A DNA stretch of 64,000 bases from Anaerolineales bacterium (GCA_035446285.1 DAOMSJ010000002.1:9369-73368), one strand, 5' to 3'; shown: positions 1 to 11,124, counted from the stretch's first letter. Numbers and translations are program-made. The notes: generated from the letters alone by a model not told the origin.

Positions 1-807
1 ACTCCTAAGGCGCGAAAAAATCACCAAGCCTGCATCAAAGATGGGCACAGCAAGCAATGTAATCGGAACAAACCAGGATGCTTCCTGGGGCTGGACCACA
101 GGATTATATAGAATGCTGATGGCTCCTAAAAAAAAACCCATAGACTGCACTCCAGAATCGCCCATGAAAAGTTTGGCAGGAGGCAGGTTGTAGAGCAGCA
201 AGCCAAGAGTAATGCCAAGCAGGGAGGCTGCTAAAAAGACAAGATCGTCTTGCATTGAAATCAGGGAAGCAAAGATCAACAGCAGACATGTGATGGCCGC
301 CAAACTAAGCGACAAACCATCCGCACTGTCCACCAGGTTAAACGCATTCGTTAAACCAACCAGCCAAAAAACGGTGATAAAGAGGTTGATCACGCTATTG
401 ATATCCGCAGATAACCAGCTAAAAAAAGAAATCTGCACGCCCGAGGTGATTAGCAACAAAGAAGCTGCTATCTGTCCAAAAAACTTCCATTTTGCATTCA
501 AGCCGATAGCATCATCAACCACGCCGAACACAAATACAACGCCGGTGGCCATCAAGATGGCTGCGACCTCGCCGGTGAAATAGGCCGGGAAAAGTATGGA
601 AAGAATTATGAAAGTAAGGACAATCGAAATCCCTCCTGCCAACGGAGTAGATTGTGCGTGCTTCTTATGCGAGGAGCTGCCCGGCTCATCAACGAGGCCA
701 AAACGGATTGCCAGCCAGATAGAGACTCGCACTGAGCCAATGGCGATTATTGAGGCAACGATCAAACTCAATAAGGCTTGCGGGAAAGTAGTCTGCAAGA
801 TCTCCAC
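1..807 (-). CDS. polyprenyl-phosphate hexose/HexNAc-1-phosphate transferase (MraY/WecA-type, glycosyltransferase family 4); 3' end runs off the window
   Basis: Own minus-strand translation, open from GTG 807 to base 1. It is absent from the ORF track because no stop lies in the window. Motifs: RFGLVDEPGSSSHKKHAQSTPLAGGISIV, NAFNLVDSADGL, LFMGDSGVQSMGF, VPIFDAGLVIFSRL. Many hydrophobic spans. The GTG follows the TAG of the upstream GT gene directly. Confidence 0.75.
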   Translation of the reverse strand, partial: MEILQTTFPQALLSLIVASIIAIGSVRVSIWLAIRFGLVDEPGSSSHKKHAQSTPLAGGISIVLTFIILSILFPAYFTGEVAAILMATGVVFVFGVVDDAIGLNAKWKFFGQIAASLLLITSGVQISFFSWLSADINSVINLFITVFWLVGLTNAFNLVDSADGLSLSLAAITCLLLIFASLISMQDDLVFLAASLLGITLGLLLYNLPPAKLFMGDSGVQSMGFFLGAISILYNPVVQPQEASWFVPITLLAVPIFDAGLVIFSRLRS

Positions 808-1917
808 CTATGCCTCCAGATAGACGGCCAAGGTCTGCTTGTCAATCTTCGCTGATGAGAAACGATTTTCGGCAAGATTTCGGCCGAATATGCCCATTTG
901 TAGGCGAAGCTGCGGTGACACAATTAGCTTCTCAAGGGCATCTGCCAGCGCAACAACATTCTTGGCGGGAACCAAAAATCCATTTAGCCCGTCTTGAACA
1001 ATCTCTCGAGAGCCACTTATATCCGCTGCCACAAGGGGGCGCCCGCAGGCCGCCGCCTCAATAAGCGTTTTCGGCAATCCCTCTCCATAATAAGACGGCA
1101 AGCAAACAATGTGTGATTTAGCGTAAACTTCTGGCATATTTTCTATCCACCCGTCCCATTTTACTATTTTCTGTTGAACCCAATCATTGATCACATTGCG
1201 AGGTATTGCATTTGGGTTCCCATCATCAGTATCGCCTACCAGCACACATTCAATCTCATGGCCTCGGGACTTTAATGCCGCTGCCGCTTCGACAAATTCA
1301 CCGACGCCCTTCTCCCATAGCAGCCGAGAAACCAAAATAATGCGAGGAGTCCCCTGTGGCTCTGTAGTGGTGACAAATCTATCAACATCAACTCCAGAAC
1401 CTTCAATTAGTCTGACTTGTCCTTCATCAATAAGCCGCCTGGATACAAAAAACTGCATATCGTCTCTATTTTGAAAAATGACTTTAGTGCCTTGAAAGAA
1501 CAGCCTATACAAAATCATCACAAAAAAACGAACAACAGATATAAGGAAGGCCTTGCTGGTAAATATATGTCCAAGCCCGGTAATCGAGTTAACAATTTTA
1601 GGGATGTGAGCCAGCTTTGCCGCGATTGACCCATACAACACCCCCTTAATCGTAAAGTGATGCACCACATCAAAATTGGCTTGCTGATAAAACCGCATTA
1701 ACTGAAGGAGGCTTTTGAGCTCCGCTATCGGGTTGACCCCTTTGCGAGAGAGTGTTAAGGATTTCCATTCAAAGCCCAGCTCACTAAAACCAGGACTGTA
1801 TTTTCCTGGCGGAGAGATTAGCGTGACCTGGTGGCCACTTGCTTGCAGATAGCGAGCAAGGTCGATTCTATAGCCCAGCAAATACCGGTCTGTATTGGCC
1901 ACCAAGGCAATTTTCAT
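808..1917 (-). CDS. glycosyltransferase, GT-B fold (Glycos_transf_1 / CAZy GT4-like)
   Basis: 369-aa ORF. C-terminal signature LPSYYGEGLPKTLIEAAACGRPLVAADISGSREIVQDGLNGFLV. Confidence 0.8.
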   Translation of the reverse strand: MKIALVANTDRYLLGYRIDLARYLQASGHQVTLISPPGKYSPGFSELGFEWKSLTLSRKGVNPIAELKSLLQLMRFYQQANFDVVHHFTIKGVLYGSIAAKLAHIPKIVNSITGLGHIFTSKAFLISVVRFFVMILYRLFFQGTKVIFQNRDDMQFFVSRRLIDEGQVRLIEGSGVDVDRFVTTTEPQGTPRIILVSRLLWEKGVGEFVEAAAALKSRGHEIECVLVGDTDDGNPNAIPRNVINDWVQQKIVKWDGWIENMPEVYAKSHIVCLPSYYGEGLPKTLIEAAACGRPLVAADISGSREIVQDGLNGFLVPAKNVVALADALEKLIVSPQLRLQMGIFGRNLAENRFSSAKIDKQTLAVYLEA

Positions 1918-1926
1918 AGATTGAGC

Positions 1927-3849
1927 CTAGTCAGAGGAAGTGAACCAAGCTTGGAACATTAGCACATTCCACAGATGGTACTGCCAGTTACGTCCCCCGC
2001 TCACATGCTCTTGCCATCGCTGTCGAATAGGTGTTGGATTCAAACCAGACTGCCTCAGCTTGTCTTCGCCAAGCAAATCCTCTGCCCACTCATGCAGAGG
2101 ACCACGCAGCCATGAATCAATAGGTACGCCAAAGCCCATCTTCGGGCGTTCAACCAGTTGTGCAGGCACGTATTTGTATAGCAGCTTGCGCAGCAACCAT
2201 TTAGTCTTACCTTGACGATGTTTAAGGCTGTGAGGTAGCTTCGCCGCAAACTCCACGACGCGGTGATCGTCTAGTAGGGGTACGCGTCCTTCTAAACTTA
2301 CAGCCATGCTTGCGCGGTCTAGTTTGACCAAGATGTCATCAGGCAGGTATGTGTGGATATCTAGCCAACTCATCCATTCCGCAAATGATTGGTCCCCCGC
2401 ATAGTTCCATTTGCGGCGAGCATTATTCTCAAACCCACTTGTATCCATTAACTCCGTTGGATTTGGCCATAGAGTGACCAAGTGCTCATACACCGCTTCT
2501 GGCCCATCATGTGCGAGCACAGATCCCAGCTTCTGCAGCTTATCGCCAAGCTGAGGAACCATCGAGCGCAAACCAGCGCCCGCAACCAAGGCATCTACGC
2601 GAGCTGCAGGCAACAGCTTGGTAAGCTGCGCCAGCCCTGCGCGCGCAGGGCGCGGCAACCATTTGATGCTGCCCCAGATATTCCTGGCCCAAAGGTAGCG
2701 GTTGTACCCAAGAAAGAGTTCGTCTCCGCCGTCACCGGAGAGGCTGACAGTGACATCTCGGCGGGCAAGTTGCGAGACAAGATAGGTTGGAATTTGAGAC
2801 GAGTCTGAAAATGGCTCGTCATACATTTGAGGCAGCTTGGGAATCACCGCCATGGCCTCTTCTGGCGTTACATACAGCTCGGTGTGTTCAGTGCCCAGGT
2901 GATTGGCGATCTGCTTGGCATAAGGGGCTTCGTTATAGCGCTGCTCGTGAAATCCAATCGTGAATGTTTTGATCGGCCGAGAGCTTTGTGCCTGCATCAA
3001 CGCCACAATTACAGATGAATCCACTCCGCCAGAAAGAAATGCCCCCAGGGGTACATCGGCGATCATGCGCAGACGCACGGACTCGAGCAGCAACTCTTCC
3101 AGTTCAGCCAAGGCCTGGTTCTCATCCCTGGGATGGCCGTTTGTTGCCCCCACCCGATCAAGCTTCCAGTAGGTTTCAGGCGTGTTATCCCTGCTCTGCG
3201 CCCCCACTACAAGAATGGAACCCGGCTGCAGCTTGTGAATTCCCGTATAGATAGAGTCAGGAGCGGGCACATACCCAAAGCGTAAATACTGACCCATTGC
3301 AAAACGATTAATATCTGAGGCAAACTCTGGATGGGCTTTAAGTGCCTTTAGCTCCGAACCGAAGAAGAAGCGCCCCTGATTCCAACCGTAGTAAAGTGGT
3401 TTAACCCCCAGCCGATCTCGAATGAGATAGAGCAGGCGCTCATGGCTATCCCACAGGGCAATCGCAAACATGCCATTGAGCCGCTCTACTGCTGGGCGGA
3501 TTCCCCATTGCCCAAACGCAGCCAGCATTACTTCAGTATCAGAGTGCCCTTTGAAGGTGTGCCCAAGCTGTTGAAGCTCGGCGCGCAGCTCTTGATAGTT
3601 GTAGATCTCTCCATTAAAGGTAATTACGTACCGCTCATCCGCAGAAGCCATGGGCTGGTGGCCAAGTGGACTCAAATCCAAAATGGCCAAGCGGCGGAAG
3701 CCTAAACCTAGCCCATTTTGGGGGTCAACCCATACGCCGTCATCATCTGGCCCGCGGTGACGAATTGCATTCGCCATGCGAGAGATGTTTTGTTCGAGCT
3801 GAGCACTTGGCGCACCGCCAGGCTGGAGATAACCACAAATACCGCACAT
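1927..3849 (-). CDS. asnB: asparagine synthase (glutamine-hydrolysing)-type amidotransferase
   Basis: 640 aa. N-terminal MCGICGY (catalytic Cys2 of Ntn glutamine amidotransferases). PP-loop LSGGVDSSVIVALM. Sits inside a glycan cluster. Confidence 0.85.
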   Translation of the reverse strand: MCGICGYLQPGGAPSAQLEQNISRMANAIRHRGPDDDGVWVDPQNGLGLGFRRLAILDLSPLGHQPMASADERYVITFNGEIYNYQELRAELQQLGHTFKGHSDTEVMLAAFGQWGIRPAVERLNGMFAIALWDSHERLLYLIRDRLGVKPLYYGWNQGRFFFGSELKALKAHPEFASDINRFAMGQYLRFGYVPAPDSIYTGIHKLQPGSILVVGAQSRDNTPETYWKLDRVGATNGHPRDENQALAELEELLLESVRLRMIADVPLGAFLSGGVDSSVIVALMQAQSSRPIKTFTIGFHEQRYNEAPYAKQIANHLGTEHTELYVTPEEAMAVIPKLPQMYDEPFSDSSQIPTYLVSQLARRDVTVSLSGDGGDELFLGYNRYLWARNIWGSIKWLPRPARAGLAQLTKLLPAARVDALVAGAGLRSMVPQLGDKLQKLGSVLAHDGPEAVYEHLVTLWPNPTELMDTSGFENNARRKWNYAGDQSFAEWMSWLDIHTYLPDDILVKLDRASMAVSLEGRVPLLDDHRVVEFAAKLPHSLKHRQGKTKWLLRKLLYKYVPAQLVERPKMGFGVPIDSWLRGPLHEWAEDLLGEDKLRQSGLNPTPIRQRWQEHVSGGRNWQYHLWNVLMFQAWFTSSD

Positions 3850-4000
3850 GTTTTCCTTGTTTGCAAATTCTAGCCGATTCTATTTTGTTAGTGGCATCAA
3901 AATCAGACTACAGGTCAAAGCTACAAACACACATAGGCAGACCTCGATTCGGAAAGCTAGTAAGTTACAATCCCAAGCATATTGACGCGAGAGGTGCACA

Positions 4001-4765
4001 GTGAATGTAGTGATACTCGCCGGAGGTTTAGGCTCCCGGCTAGCAGAAGAAACCGAGGCTAGGCCTAAACCAATGGTTGAAATTGGCGGGAGACCTATCC
4101 TCTGGCACATAATGCGACATTACTGGCACCATGGATTTGACAACTTCTTTATCACTCTGGGCTACAAAGGGGAGAGCATAAAGAGGTACTTCTGGGACTA
4201 CTTTCACCTGAACGGCGATCTCTCCTTTAATTTTGCGGAGAAGAAGGTTGAAGGTGCGCTGAACCCTACAGAGGACTGGAAGCTTTCCCTGATTGATACC
4301 GGGCAAAGCACGATGACTGGCGGCAGGGTTAAGCGTCTGCAACCTTGGCTGGAGAAAGAACCCTTCATGCTCACCTATGGTGACGGTGTGAGCAATGTAG
4401 ACCTCTCAGAGCTGTACAAGTTTCATAGAAGTTGCGGCCGCCTGGCAACAATCACTGCGGTTCGTCCCCCCGCCCGTTTTGGTGGTCTAGAGTTCGAAAA
4501 CAACCTGGTGAGTAAGTTCATTGAAAAGCCACAAATTGGTGAAGGCTGGATCAATGGTGGCTTTATGGTTTTTGAGCCCCAAGTACTGGATTACATTGAA
4601 GGCGATGAGACTATTCTGGAAAGCGGTATCCTCGAAAAACTGGCGGATGAGGGTCAACTTGCCGCTTACCGGCACGATGGTTTCTGGCAATGCATGGATA
4701 CAATTCGCGATAAGCGTTACCTAGAGACACTTTGGCAATCTAATCAAATCCAATGGACAATCTAA
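4001..4765 (+). CDS. rfbF: glucose-1-phosphate cytidylyltransferase
   Basis: 254 aa from GTG 4001, preceded by GAGAGGTG. Nucleotidyltransferase loop [36 protein letters not shown]. Confidence 0.85.
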   Translation: MNVVILAGGLGSRLAEETEARPKPMVEIGGRPILWHIMRHYWHHGFDNFFITLGYKGESIKRYFWDYFHLNGDLSFNFAEKKVEGALNPTEDWKLSLIDTGQSTMTGGRVKRLQPWLEKEPFMLTYGDGVSNVDLSELYKFHRSCGRLATITAVRPPARFGGLEFENNLVSKFIEKPQIGEGWINGGFMVFEPQVLDYIEGDETILESGILEKLADEGQLAAYRHDGFWQCMDTIRDKRYLETLWQSNQIQWTI

Positions 4766-4769
4766 CCGA

Positions 4770-5759
4770 ATGAACACCAACGACACTTTTTGGGTTGACC
4801 GCCCCGTTCTGGTCACCGGCGCCACCGGACTACTGGGCTACTGGTTAGTAAAAGCGCTTCTGGAGAAGCAAGCTACTGTAATTTGCCTTATACGCGATTG
4901 GGTGCCAGACAGTGAACTGGTGCGCTCAAACTTGATCAATCAGGTTACGGTGGTACGCGGCGATGTCAAAGAGCAAGCCTTGTTAGAACGCACCCTGGGC
5001 GAGTACGAAATCGATACGGTTTTTCATCTTGCAGCTCAAACCATCGTTACCATCGCCAACCGAAATCCAGTTTCTACCTTCGAAACAAACATAGCCGGAA
5101 CCTGGGCTCTGCTGGAGGCATGCCGCAGAAGCCCGCGCGTTCGGCAAATTGTGATGGCGTCTTCTGACAAGGCGTATGGCGATCATACAAATCTCCCCTA
5201 CACGGAAGATGCGGCTCTCCAGGGCCGACATCCCTACGATGTGAGCAAATCCTGCGCTGACCTGATTGCCCAGGCTTATGCAACCAGCTATGGCAGCCCT
5301 GTAGCAATCACCCGCTGTGGCAATTTTTATGGTGGGGGAGATTTGAACTGGAACCGCATCGTGCCTGGAACCATCCGCTCGCTACTCAGGAGCCAGGTTC
5401 CCGTCATCCGTTCAGATGGGGAATACATTCGAGATTATTTTTACTGCGAAGACGGTGCCGCGGCCTATATGTTGCTGGCTGAACAGCTAGCTGAGCGGCC
5501 AGAGCTTTACGGGCAGGCCTTTAATTTTTCAAACGAGATCCAGCTGAGCGTTATAGAGCTGGTGACAAAGATCACCAAGGCAATGGGCGCCTCTATAACA
5601 CCGAAAGTACTCAATGAAGTTAGCAATGAGATACGGCACCAATACCTGTCTGCAGAAAAAGCGCGAACTGTGCTCAATTGGTCTCCCACATATTCGCTCG
5701 ATGAGGGAATAAGCCGCACCATCGGTTGGTACAAAGAGTATCTAGGAAACACGCAATGA
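4770..5759 (+). CDS. rfbG: CDP-glucose 4,6-dehydratase
   Basis: 329 aa extended SDR. Rossmann motif [15 protein letters not shown]. Catalytic [10 protein letters not shown] (YxxxK). Lies directly after rfbF. Confidence 0.8.
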   Translation: MNTNDTFWVDRPVLVTGATGLLGYWLVKALLEKQATVICLIRDWVPDSELVRSNLINQVTVVRGDVKEQALLERTLGEYEIDTVFHLAAQTIVTIANRNPVSTFETNIAGTWALLEACRRSPRVRQIVMASSDKAYGDHTNLPYTEDAALQGRHPYDVSKSCADLIAQAYATSYGSPVAITRCGNFYGGGDLNWNRIVPGTIRSLLRSQVPVIRSDGEYIRDYFYCEDGAAAYMLLAEQLAERPELYGQAFNFSNEIQLSVIELVTKITKAMGASITPKVLNEVSNEIRHQYLSAEKARTVLNWSPTYSLDEGISRTIGWYKEYLGNTQ

Positions 5760-6991
5760 CGACCTGCCGCTCTTGCTTCAACTCTGATTTGCAACCAATA
5801 CTTTCGTTGGGGAGCACACCTTTAGCCAATGCTCTCTTGCGCAGCGATCAACTGTCGGCACCCGAAGATGTATATCCTCTAGACTTTGTTCTCTGCCCAA
5901 ACTGCAGCCTGGTTCAAATCACAGAGACAGTTCCGCCGGAGAAGTTGTTCGCAGAGTACTTTTATTACTCCTCTTTCTCAGATACTGCCTTGCAAAGCGC
6001 TAAAGATCTGGCAGCAAAGATGATTGGCCTTTGCAATTTAAATGAAACAAGCCTTGTCGCAGAAGTGGCAAGCAATGATGGATATCTGCTTAAGTATTAT
6101 CAGCAAGAGAAGATTCCCGTCCTTGGCATTGAGCCTGCAACGAACATAGCTGCACAGGCACAGGAAATGGGCGTTCCCACCCTGAACAAGTTCTTTGGCA
6201 TAGAGGCAGCAGAGCAAGTGAAGGCTGAGCATGGCCAGGCGGACATCATTCACGCTAACAATGTGATTGCCCATGTTGCAGATTTACACGGCGTGATCGC
6301 CGGCATGGCTCTATTGCTAAAGAAAGATGGCGTGGCAATAGTTGAAAACCATTATGTAAAAGACCTCATTGACCATGTTGAATTTGACTCGATCTACCAT
6401 GAGCACTTGTGCTACTACTCACTCACCTCATTCAAGAACCTATTTCAACGTCATAATCTTGAAGTCGTTGATGTTGAACGAATTGGGGTGCACGGCGGTT
6501 CTTTACGTGTGTTCTTTCAACCAGCTGATGGCCCAAAATCCCTAAGCAAGCAAGGGGCACAGCGTGTTGAGGCTCTACTTCAAGAAGAGCAGGAGTGGGG
6601 TGTGGATAGCTATGATTTTTATCGCAATTTTGGCGAAAAAGTTCATGCCTTGCGCGAAAAACTAGTACAACTTCTCGGTCAGATCAAGGCTGATGGCAAG
6701 AGAGTAGCCATCTATGGAGCCTCAGCCAAGAGCACCACGTTGTTGAACTACTTTGGCATTAGCGCTGCCGATGTTGACTATGTAGTGGATCGGAGTACGG
6801 CAAAGCAAGGGCACTATACACCTGGCACGCATCTGCCGATCTTCTCGCCCAGCAAACTGGTTGAAGATAAGCCCGATTTCGTGCTGCTCCTTGCATGGAA
6901 CCTGGTTGAAGAAGTGCTGGCACAGCAAGAGGAGTACCGAGCGCGTGGCGGCAAGTTCATTGTTCCGATCCCATCTGTAAGAATTGTTTAG
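5756..6991 (+). CDS. sugar-nucleotide C-methyltransferase (TylCIII-like, class I SAM)
   Basis: Track start 5726 trimmed to ATG 5756, which forms an ATGA overlap with the rfbG stop. N-terminal zinc-ribbon cysteines CRSC...CPNC. SAM motif [13 protein letters not shown]. Long C-terminal domain as in NDP-hexose C-methyltransferases. Confidence 0.7.
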   Translation: MTTCRSCFNSDLQPILSLGSTPLANALLRSDQLSAPEDVYPLDFVLCPNCSLVQITETVPPEKLFAEYFYYSSFSDTALQSAKDLAAKMIGLCNLNETSLVAEVASNDGYLLKYYQQEKIPVLGIEPATNIAAQAQEMGVPTLNKFFGIEAAEQVKAEHGQADIIHANNVIAHVADLHGVIAGMALLLKKDGVAIVENHYVKDLIDHVEFDSIYHEHLCYYSLTSFKNLFQRHNLEVVDVERIGVHGGSLRVFFQPADGPKSLSKQGAQRVEALLQEEQEWGVDSYDFYRNFGEKVHALREKLVQLLGQIKADGKRVAIYGASAKSTTLLNYFGISAADVDYVVDRSTAKQGHYTPGTHLPIFSPSKLVEDKPDFVLLLAWNLVEEVLAQQEEYRARGGKFIVPIPSVRIV

Positions 6992-6996
6992 CTGCG

Positions 6997-7527
6997 ATGG
7001 AGATCATCGAAACCAAGTTGCAGGGTGCCTATCTTATTAAGCCACAAGAGCTTCGTGATGAGCGCGGCTTCTTTGCGCGCGTTTCTGACTCAGATGTCTT
7101 TGCCCAATACGGTATCAATTTTAAGATTGCGCAAAGCAGCATTTCATTCAATCATAAGCGCGGCACGCTGAGGGGCATGCATTACCAGGCCGAGCCTTAT
7201 AGCGAAGGAAAGCTGGTGCGCTGCACCATGGGCAGCCTTACTGATGTAATTGTGGACTTACGCCCGGCCTCAACCAGCTATATGAAGTGGATTGCAGTTA
7301 TGCTGACGGCAGATAACCGCTACACGTTGTGGGTTCCGCCGGGGTTCGCCCACGGATTTCAGACATTGGAGCATAATACGGAAGTGCTCTATCAGATTAC
7401 AGAGTTCTATCATCCCGAAGCAGCAAGGGGTTTACGCTGGAATGACCCGGCCTTTGGAATAGAGTGGCCGCTGTCTGACCCTATCCTCTCACAACGGGAC
7501 CGCGAATTTCCAGATTTTATTCCTTAG
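6997..7527 (+). CDS. sugar-nucleotide 3,5-epimerase (RmlC-like cupin)
   Basis: 176 aa. Blocks RGFFARV, MHYQAEPYSEGKLVRC, WVPPGFAHGFQTL. Confidence 0.75.
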   Translation: MEIIETKLQGAYLIKPQELRDERGFFARVSDSDVFAQYGINFKIAQSSISFNHKRGTLRGMHYQAEPYSEGKLVRCTMGSLTDVIVDLRPASTSYMKWIAVMLTADNRYTLWVPPGFAHGFQTLEHNTEVLYQITEFYHPEAARGLRWNDPAFGIEWPLSDPILSQRDREFPDFIP

Positions 7528-7530
7528 ACC

Positions 7531-8439
7531 ATGCGTATCTTTGTCACAGGCCTTTCAGGGTTCATAGGCTCCCACACAGCGCGGGTTTTGTTAGAAGCAG
7601 GCTGTGAGGTTCTGGGGCTAGTACGCCCAGGGAGTGACTTGTGGCGGCTGCGCGGGTTTGAAACCCGCTTGGAGATTGTGTACGGCGATCTCTCCCACCC
7701 TGAAACCTATCAGCCCGCAGTAGACGCGTGGCAACCGCAAGCCTGTATCCACCTGGCCTGGTATGCAAAGCCCGGTGAATATCTACATTCCAACGAGAAC
7801 CTGCGTTCACTCCAGGACAGCATAGACCTTATGCTTTTCTTGGCAAAGACTGGATGCAAAACCATCGTAATGGCCGGCACCTGCGCCGAATACGAAATGC
7901 AATCCAGCATGCTGAATGAAGACAGTAAGCTGAAGCCCTCAACGTTGTATGCCGCTTGCAAACTAGCAATCTCGCTTATTGGCAGTCAGTTGGCTGAAGC
8001 AAGCAACATCAATTTTTCGTGGGCGCGGTTCTTCTATGTGTATGGGCCTTATGAAGATAAACGCCGATTGGTGCCTGCAGCGATTAATTCTTTTCTAGAG
8101 GGTAAGCCATTCCTTTCTACCCCTGGTGAGCAGGTTCGGGATTATTTACATGTTGAGGATCTTGCCCGTGCTATGTGGCGAATGGCCGAGGTCAACGCAA
8201 ATGACACCTTTAATGTCTCATCTGGGGTGCCGCTTACCGTAGCCACCCTGCTGCAAAAGATTGCAGAGCTTACAGCGAAGGCGGAGTTGCTGCGTTTGGG
8301 TGAACTCAGCTATCGAGACTGGGAACCGATGTATATTTGCGGCGATAATAGCCGCCTGTTATCGCTGGGATGGAAGCCGCGCTTTTCTCTGGAAGACGGT
8401 TTGCGACAAACAATCGGATTTTGGAAATCAAATACATGA
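7531..8439 (+). CDS. NAD(P)-dependent sugar epimerase/reductase (extended SDR)
   Basis: 302 aa. MRIFVTGLSGFIGSH Rossmann motif. YAACKLA (YxxxK). By position it is the last enzyme of the CDP-sugar cassette. Confidence 0.7.
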   Translation: MRIFVTGLSGFIGSHTARVLLEAGCEVLGLVRPGSDLWRLRGFETRLEIVYGDLSHPETYQPAVDAWQPQACIHLAWYAKPGEYLHSNENLRSLQDSIDLMLFLAKTGCKTIVMAGTCAEYEMQSSMLNEDSKLKPSTLYAACKLAISLIGSQLAEASNINFSWARFFYVYGPYEDKRRLVPAAINSFLEGKPFLSTPGEQVRDYLHVEDLARAMWRMAEVNANDTFNVSSGVPLTVATLLQKIAELTAKAELLRLGELSYRDWEPMYICGDNSRLLSLGWKPRFSLEDGLRQTIGFWKSNT

Positions 8440-9992
8440 ATTCCCCAATTCGAATATCTTCTAACATTGCCGCAGGGTTTATTGGCAAAGCCGTGACACT
8501 AGTGATTAGCTTGGCTTTTCTGCCAATATATATTGATCTTTTAGGAATTGCCGCGTACGGCCTAATTGGCTTTTACACCACGCTGGTGGTACTACTATCT
8601 GTGCTAGACCTCGGCCTAAGTACTACTTTAAACAGGGAAATGGCGCGTCTTTCCACTCATCCAAACAGTGCCAGGGAAATCCGAGATACTCTGCGGACAT
8701 ACGAAATAATTTATTGGCTTCTGGGTGTTATTTTGGGAATCATTGTCTTGCTTGCATCACAATGGTTATCACAAAATTGGCTCACGGATGTGGAAATTTC
8801 AAAAGAGGTCATCCGTCAGTCTGTAACGTTAATGGGGTTTGTAATTGCCTTACAGTGGCCAATAGCATTATATTCCGGGGCTTTACTGGGCTTACAGCGA
8901 CAAGTTTGGTTGAACGTGATCTTGTCTGTATCTGCGGCAATAAAAGCAGTTGGAGCAGTAATTTTATTGACATATGTACAACAAGACATATTGACATTCT
9001 TCAGGTGGCAGGCCGCTAGTGCGGCAGTCACGAGTTTGTCTCTGGCCTACTTAGCGTGGAAGATACTGCCAGCTTCAGTCAAAGGTGTAAGACCAAGATT
9101 TAAGCGTGAAATTCTTACAACCAACTGGCGCTTTTCTGCCGGGATGTTTGGAATCAGTATTGTCGTAGCAGTACTTACACAGTTGGATAAAGTAATTCTG
9201 AGCCGCGGATTGAGCTTGCAGGAATTTGGCTTTTATTCGATCGCATCGACCGCTGGAGTTGGATTAAATTTTTTGGTCGGGCCTATTTTTACAAGCTTGT
9301 TTCCTCGATTTACTCAATTAGCTTCCCAAGGCCAGGAAGATAGTCTAAGGAAACTATATCATCAGGCCTGTCAGCTTGTATCGGCTTCGGTGTTACCCTT
9401 GTCAGCAACAGTCATCTTCTTTTCATCTGATATTTTGTATCTATGGTTCAAAGAACCAGAAACGGCAGAAAAAACTCATTTATTGCTCAGCCTGATAGCT
9501 TTTGGCACAACATTTAATTCCCTTGCCAATCTGCCTTATGCTTTACAGTTGGCATTTGGTTGGACAAAGTTGTCTTTGTACAAAAACATAATTGCAGTGC
9601 TTGTCTTGACACCGCTAATGAAAGTTTTCATTTTCTGGTGGGGCGCAGTCGGGGCTGCTGCGGCATGGATTTTGCTTAACGCGAGCTATGTGTTTGTTGA
9701 AGTTCCTGTCATGCATACACGGCTTTTACGGGGTAGCCTCAAACGTTGGTATCTTGTAGACATAGGAGGCCCAATGATTACATCACTGTCTCTAGCAAGT
9801 ATCTCTCGATGGCTTCTACCGCAAGGTCTGACTCTGCTAGGAACAGCGCTTTGGATTTTCTTAACATTTCTGTGCGCGTTCATCGCTTCAGTTCTTGTAA
9901 TGCCTGCAACTCGCGCATGGCTTCAAATAATATTCAGAAACCTTGGAAAAACCATTGGAGCATTATTGCGGCAAAACGTGTCAAAGACATAA
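8436..9992 (+). CDS. polysaccharide flippase/exporter (Wzx, MOP superfamily)
   Basis: Track start 8370 trimmed to ATG 8436 (ATGA overlap with the previous stop). 518 aa, hydrophobic throughout with more than 10 predicted spans. Cluster context supports the call. Confidence 0.65.
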   Translation: MNSPIRISSNIAAGFIGKAVTLVISLAFLPIYIDLLGIAAYGLIGFYTTLVVLLSVLDLGLSTTLNREMARLSTHPNSAREIRDTLRTYEIIYWLLGVILGIIVLLASQWLSQNWLTDVEISKEVIRQSVTLMGFVIALQWPIALYSGALLGLQRQVWLNVILSVSAAIKAVGAVILLTYVQQDILTFFRWQAASAAVTSLSLAYLAWKILPASVKGVRPRFKREILTTNWRFSAGMFGISIVVAVLTQLDKVILSRGLSLQEFGFYSIASTAGVGLNFLVGPIFTSLFPRFTQLASQGQEDSLRKLYHQACQLVSASVLPLSATVIFFSSDILYLWFKEPETAEKTHLLLSLIAFGTTFNSLANLPYALQLAFGWTKLSLYKNIIAVLVLTPLMKVFIFWWGAVGAAAAWILLNASYVFVEVPVMHTRLLRGSLKRWYLVDIGGPMITSLSLASISRWLLPQGLTLLGTALWIFLTFLCAFIASVLVMPATRAWLQIIFRNLGKTIGALLRQNVSKT

Positions 9993-10215
9993 CGCAACAG
10001 AATACGCGATATTTTCTTGTGCCTTAAAACGTCATTGCTAAGATAGATAGGTGGTCATAGCTAAGTAGCATGCTTTACTACTTATAGAAATGTGGCAGCT
10101 TTGATACAATAAAAGTAAGCATAGGCCATCTCTTTAGCCAAAATTTAATCTAATACTCCATCAGCAACATCTACTGAATTTCCTCCTAAACCCATAGAGG
10201 CTATGAAAAAATTTC

Positions 10216-11124
10216 ATGAACGCTCAAACTAAGCTTAGCCCAGCCTGCAAAGCCTGTGGGTCCCAAGCACGTTACATTTTTAGCTCTACCGATAAAAATC
10301 GCAGACTTTCCAAGCAGGTCTTCGACTACTTCTGCTGCAATTTTTGTGGAGTTATTTTCATTGACCCTATTCCACTAGATCTTTCAGTCTACTATGCCAA
10401 TGGTTACTACCTTCTACCTCAAAGTGTGGAGAAATTGGATGCGTTGGCGAATGGTCTAATTTATCAACTGGACATGGTGCGCCAGTTCAATCCAAAAGGT
10501 AAACTACTCGAGATAGGTCCTGCCTATGGGGCCTTCGCCAGATTAGCTAAACTATACGGATATGAAGTTGAAACAATCGAGATGGATGAAAAGTGCTGTG
10601 ACTACCTAGAAAATGTCGCGGGCGTAGGGGTTGTTCGCAGTGACAAGCCGGAGCAAGTACTGCCCAGCCTTGAAAAAAAAGATGTGATTGTTATGTGGCA
10701 TGTAATCGAGCATCTGCCAGATCCATGGGAAGTTCTGGTAAAAGCAGTTGAAACGCTTTTACCAGAAGGACTTTTGGCCATCGCCAGCCCTAATCCCAGT
10801 GCATTCCAGTTCAGGATACTAAGATCATACTGGCCGCATCTAGATGCTCCCAGACATTTGCAACTGATACCGGCAGATTTGCTAATTAGCAGACTAGAAC
10901 CTCTTGGTCTTGAGCCAATTCTCTTGACAAGTACAGATGCAGGAGGAAGAAGCTGGAATGTTTTCGGTTGGCGAAAGACTTTACAGAATTTCTTTCCTGC
11001 GCCGTCTCTCCAGCTGCCCATGCGCGCATTGGGTTCTTTAATCTCTCTTGCCATGTATCCTCTAGAAAATTTCCATTTAAATGGAAGTACCTACAGTATA
11101 GTTTTTCGGAAGAAGAAAGTATGA
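10216..11124 (+). CDS. class I SAM-dependent methyltransferase
   Basis: 302 aa. Cys pairs CKACG...CCNFCG. SAM motif I LLEIGPAYGAF. VIVMWHVIEHL block. Confidence 0.65.
   Translation: MNAQTKLSPACKACGSQARYIFSSTDKNRRLSKQVFDYFCCNFCGVIFIDPIPLDLSVYYANGYYLLPQSVEKLDALANGLIYQLDMVRQFNPKGKLLEIGPAYGAFARLAKLYGYEVETIEMDEKCCDYLENVAGVGVVRSDKPEQVLPSLEKKDVIVMWHVIEHLPDPWEVLVKAVETLLPEGLLAIASPNPSAFQFRILRSYWPHLDAPRHLQLIPADLLISRLEPLGLEPILLTSTDAGGRSWNVFGWRKTLQNFFPAPSLQLPMRALGSLISLAMYPLENFHLNGSTYSIVFRKKKV

Noticed and set aside
212-583. 123-aa plus-strand ORF at the window start
   Set aside because: It lies antisense to the open minus-strand frame that carries clear MraY/WecA motifs. Its sequence is low-complexity.
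5726-5755. 5' extensions of track ORFs (starts at 5726, 8370, 10968, 21480, 23430, 34656, 38472, 45982, 48893, 49273, 54900, 58119, 60944)
   Set aside because: In each case a downstream start codon gives a canonical N-terminus. It either overlaps or abuts the upstream stop (ATGA, GTGA or TAATG) or follows a good Shine-Dalgarno. The extensions overlap neighbouring genes or repeat tracts.
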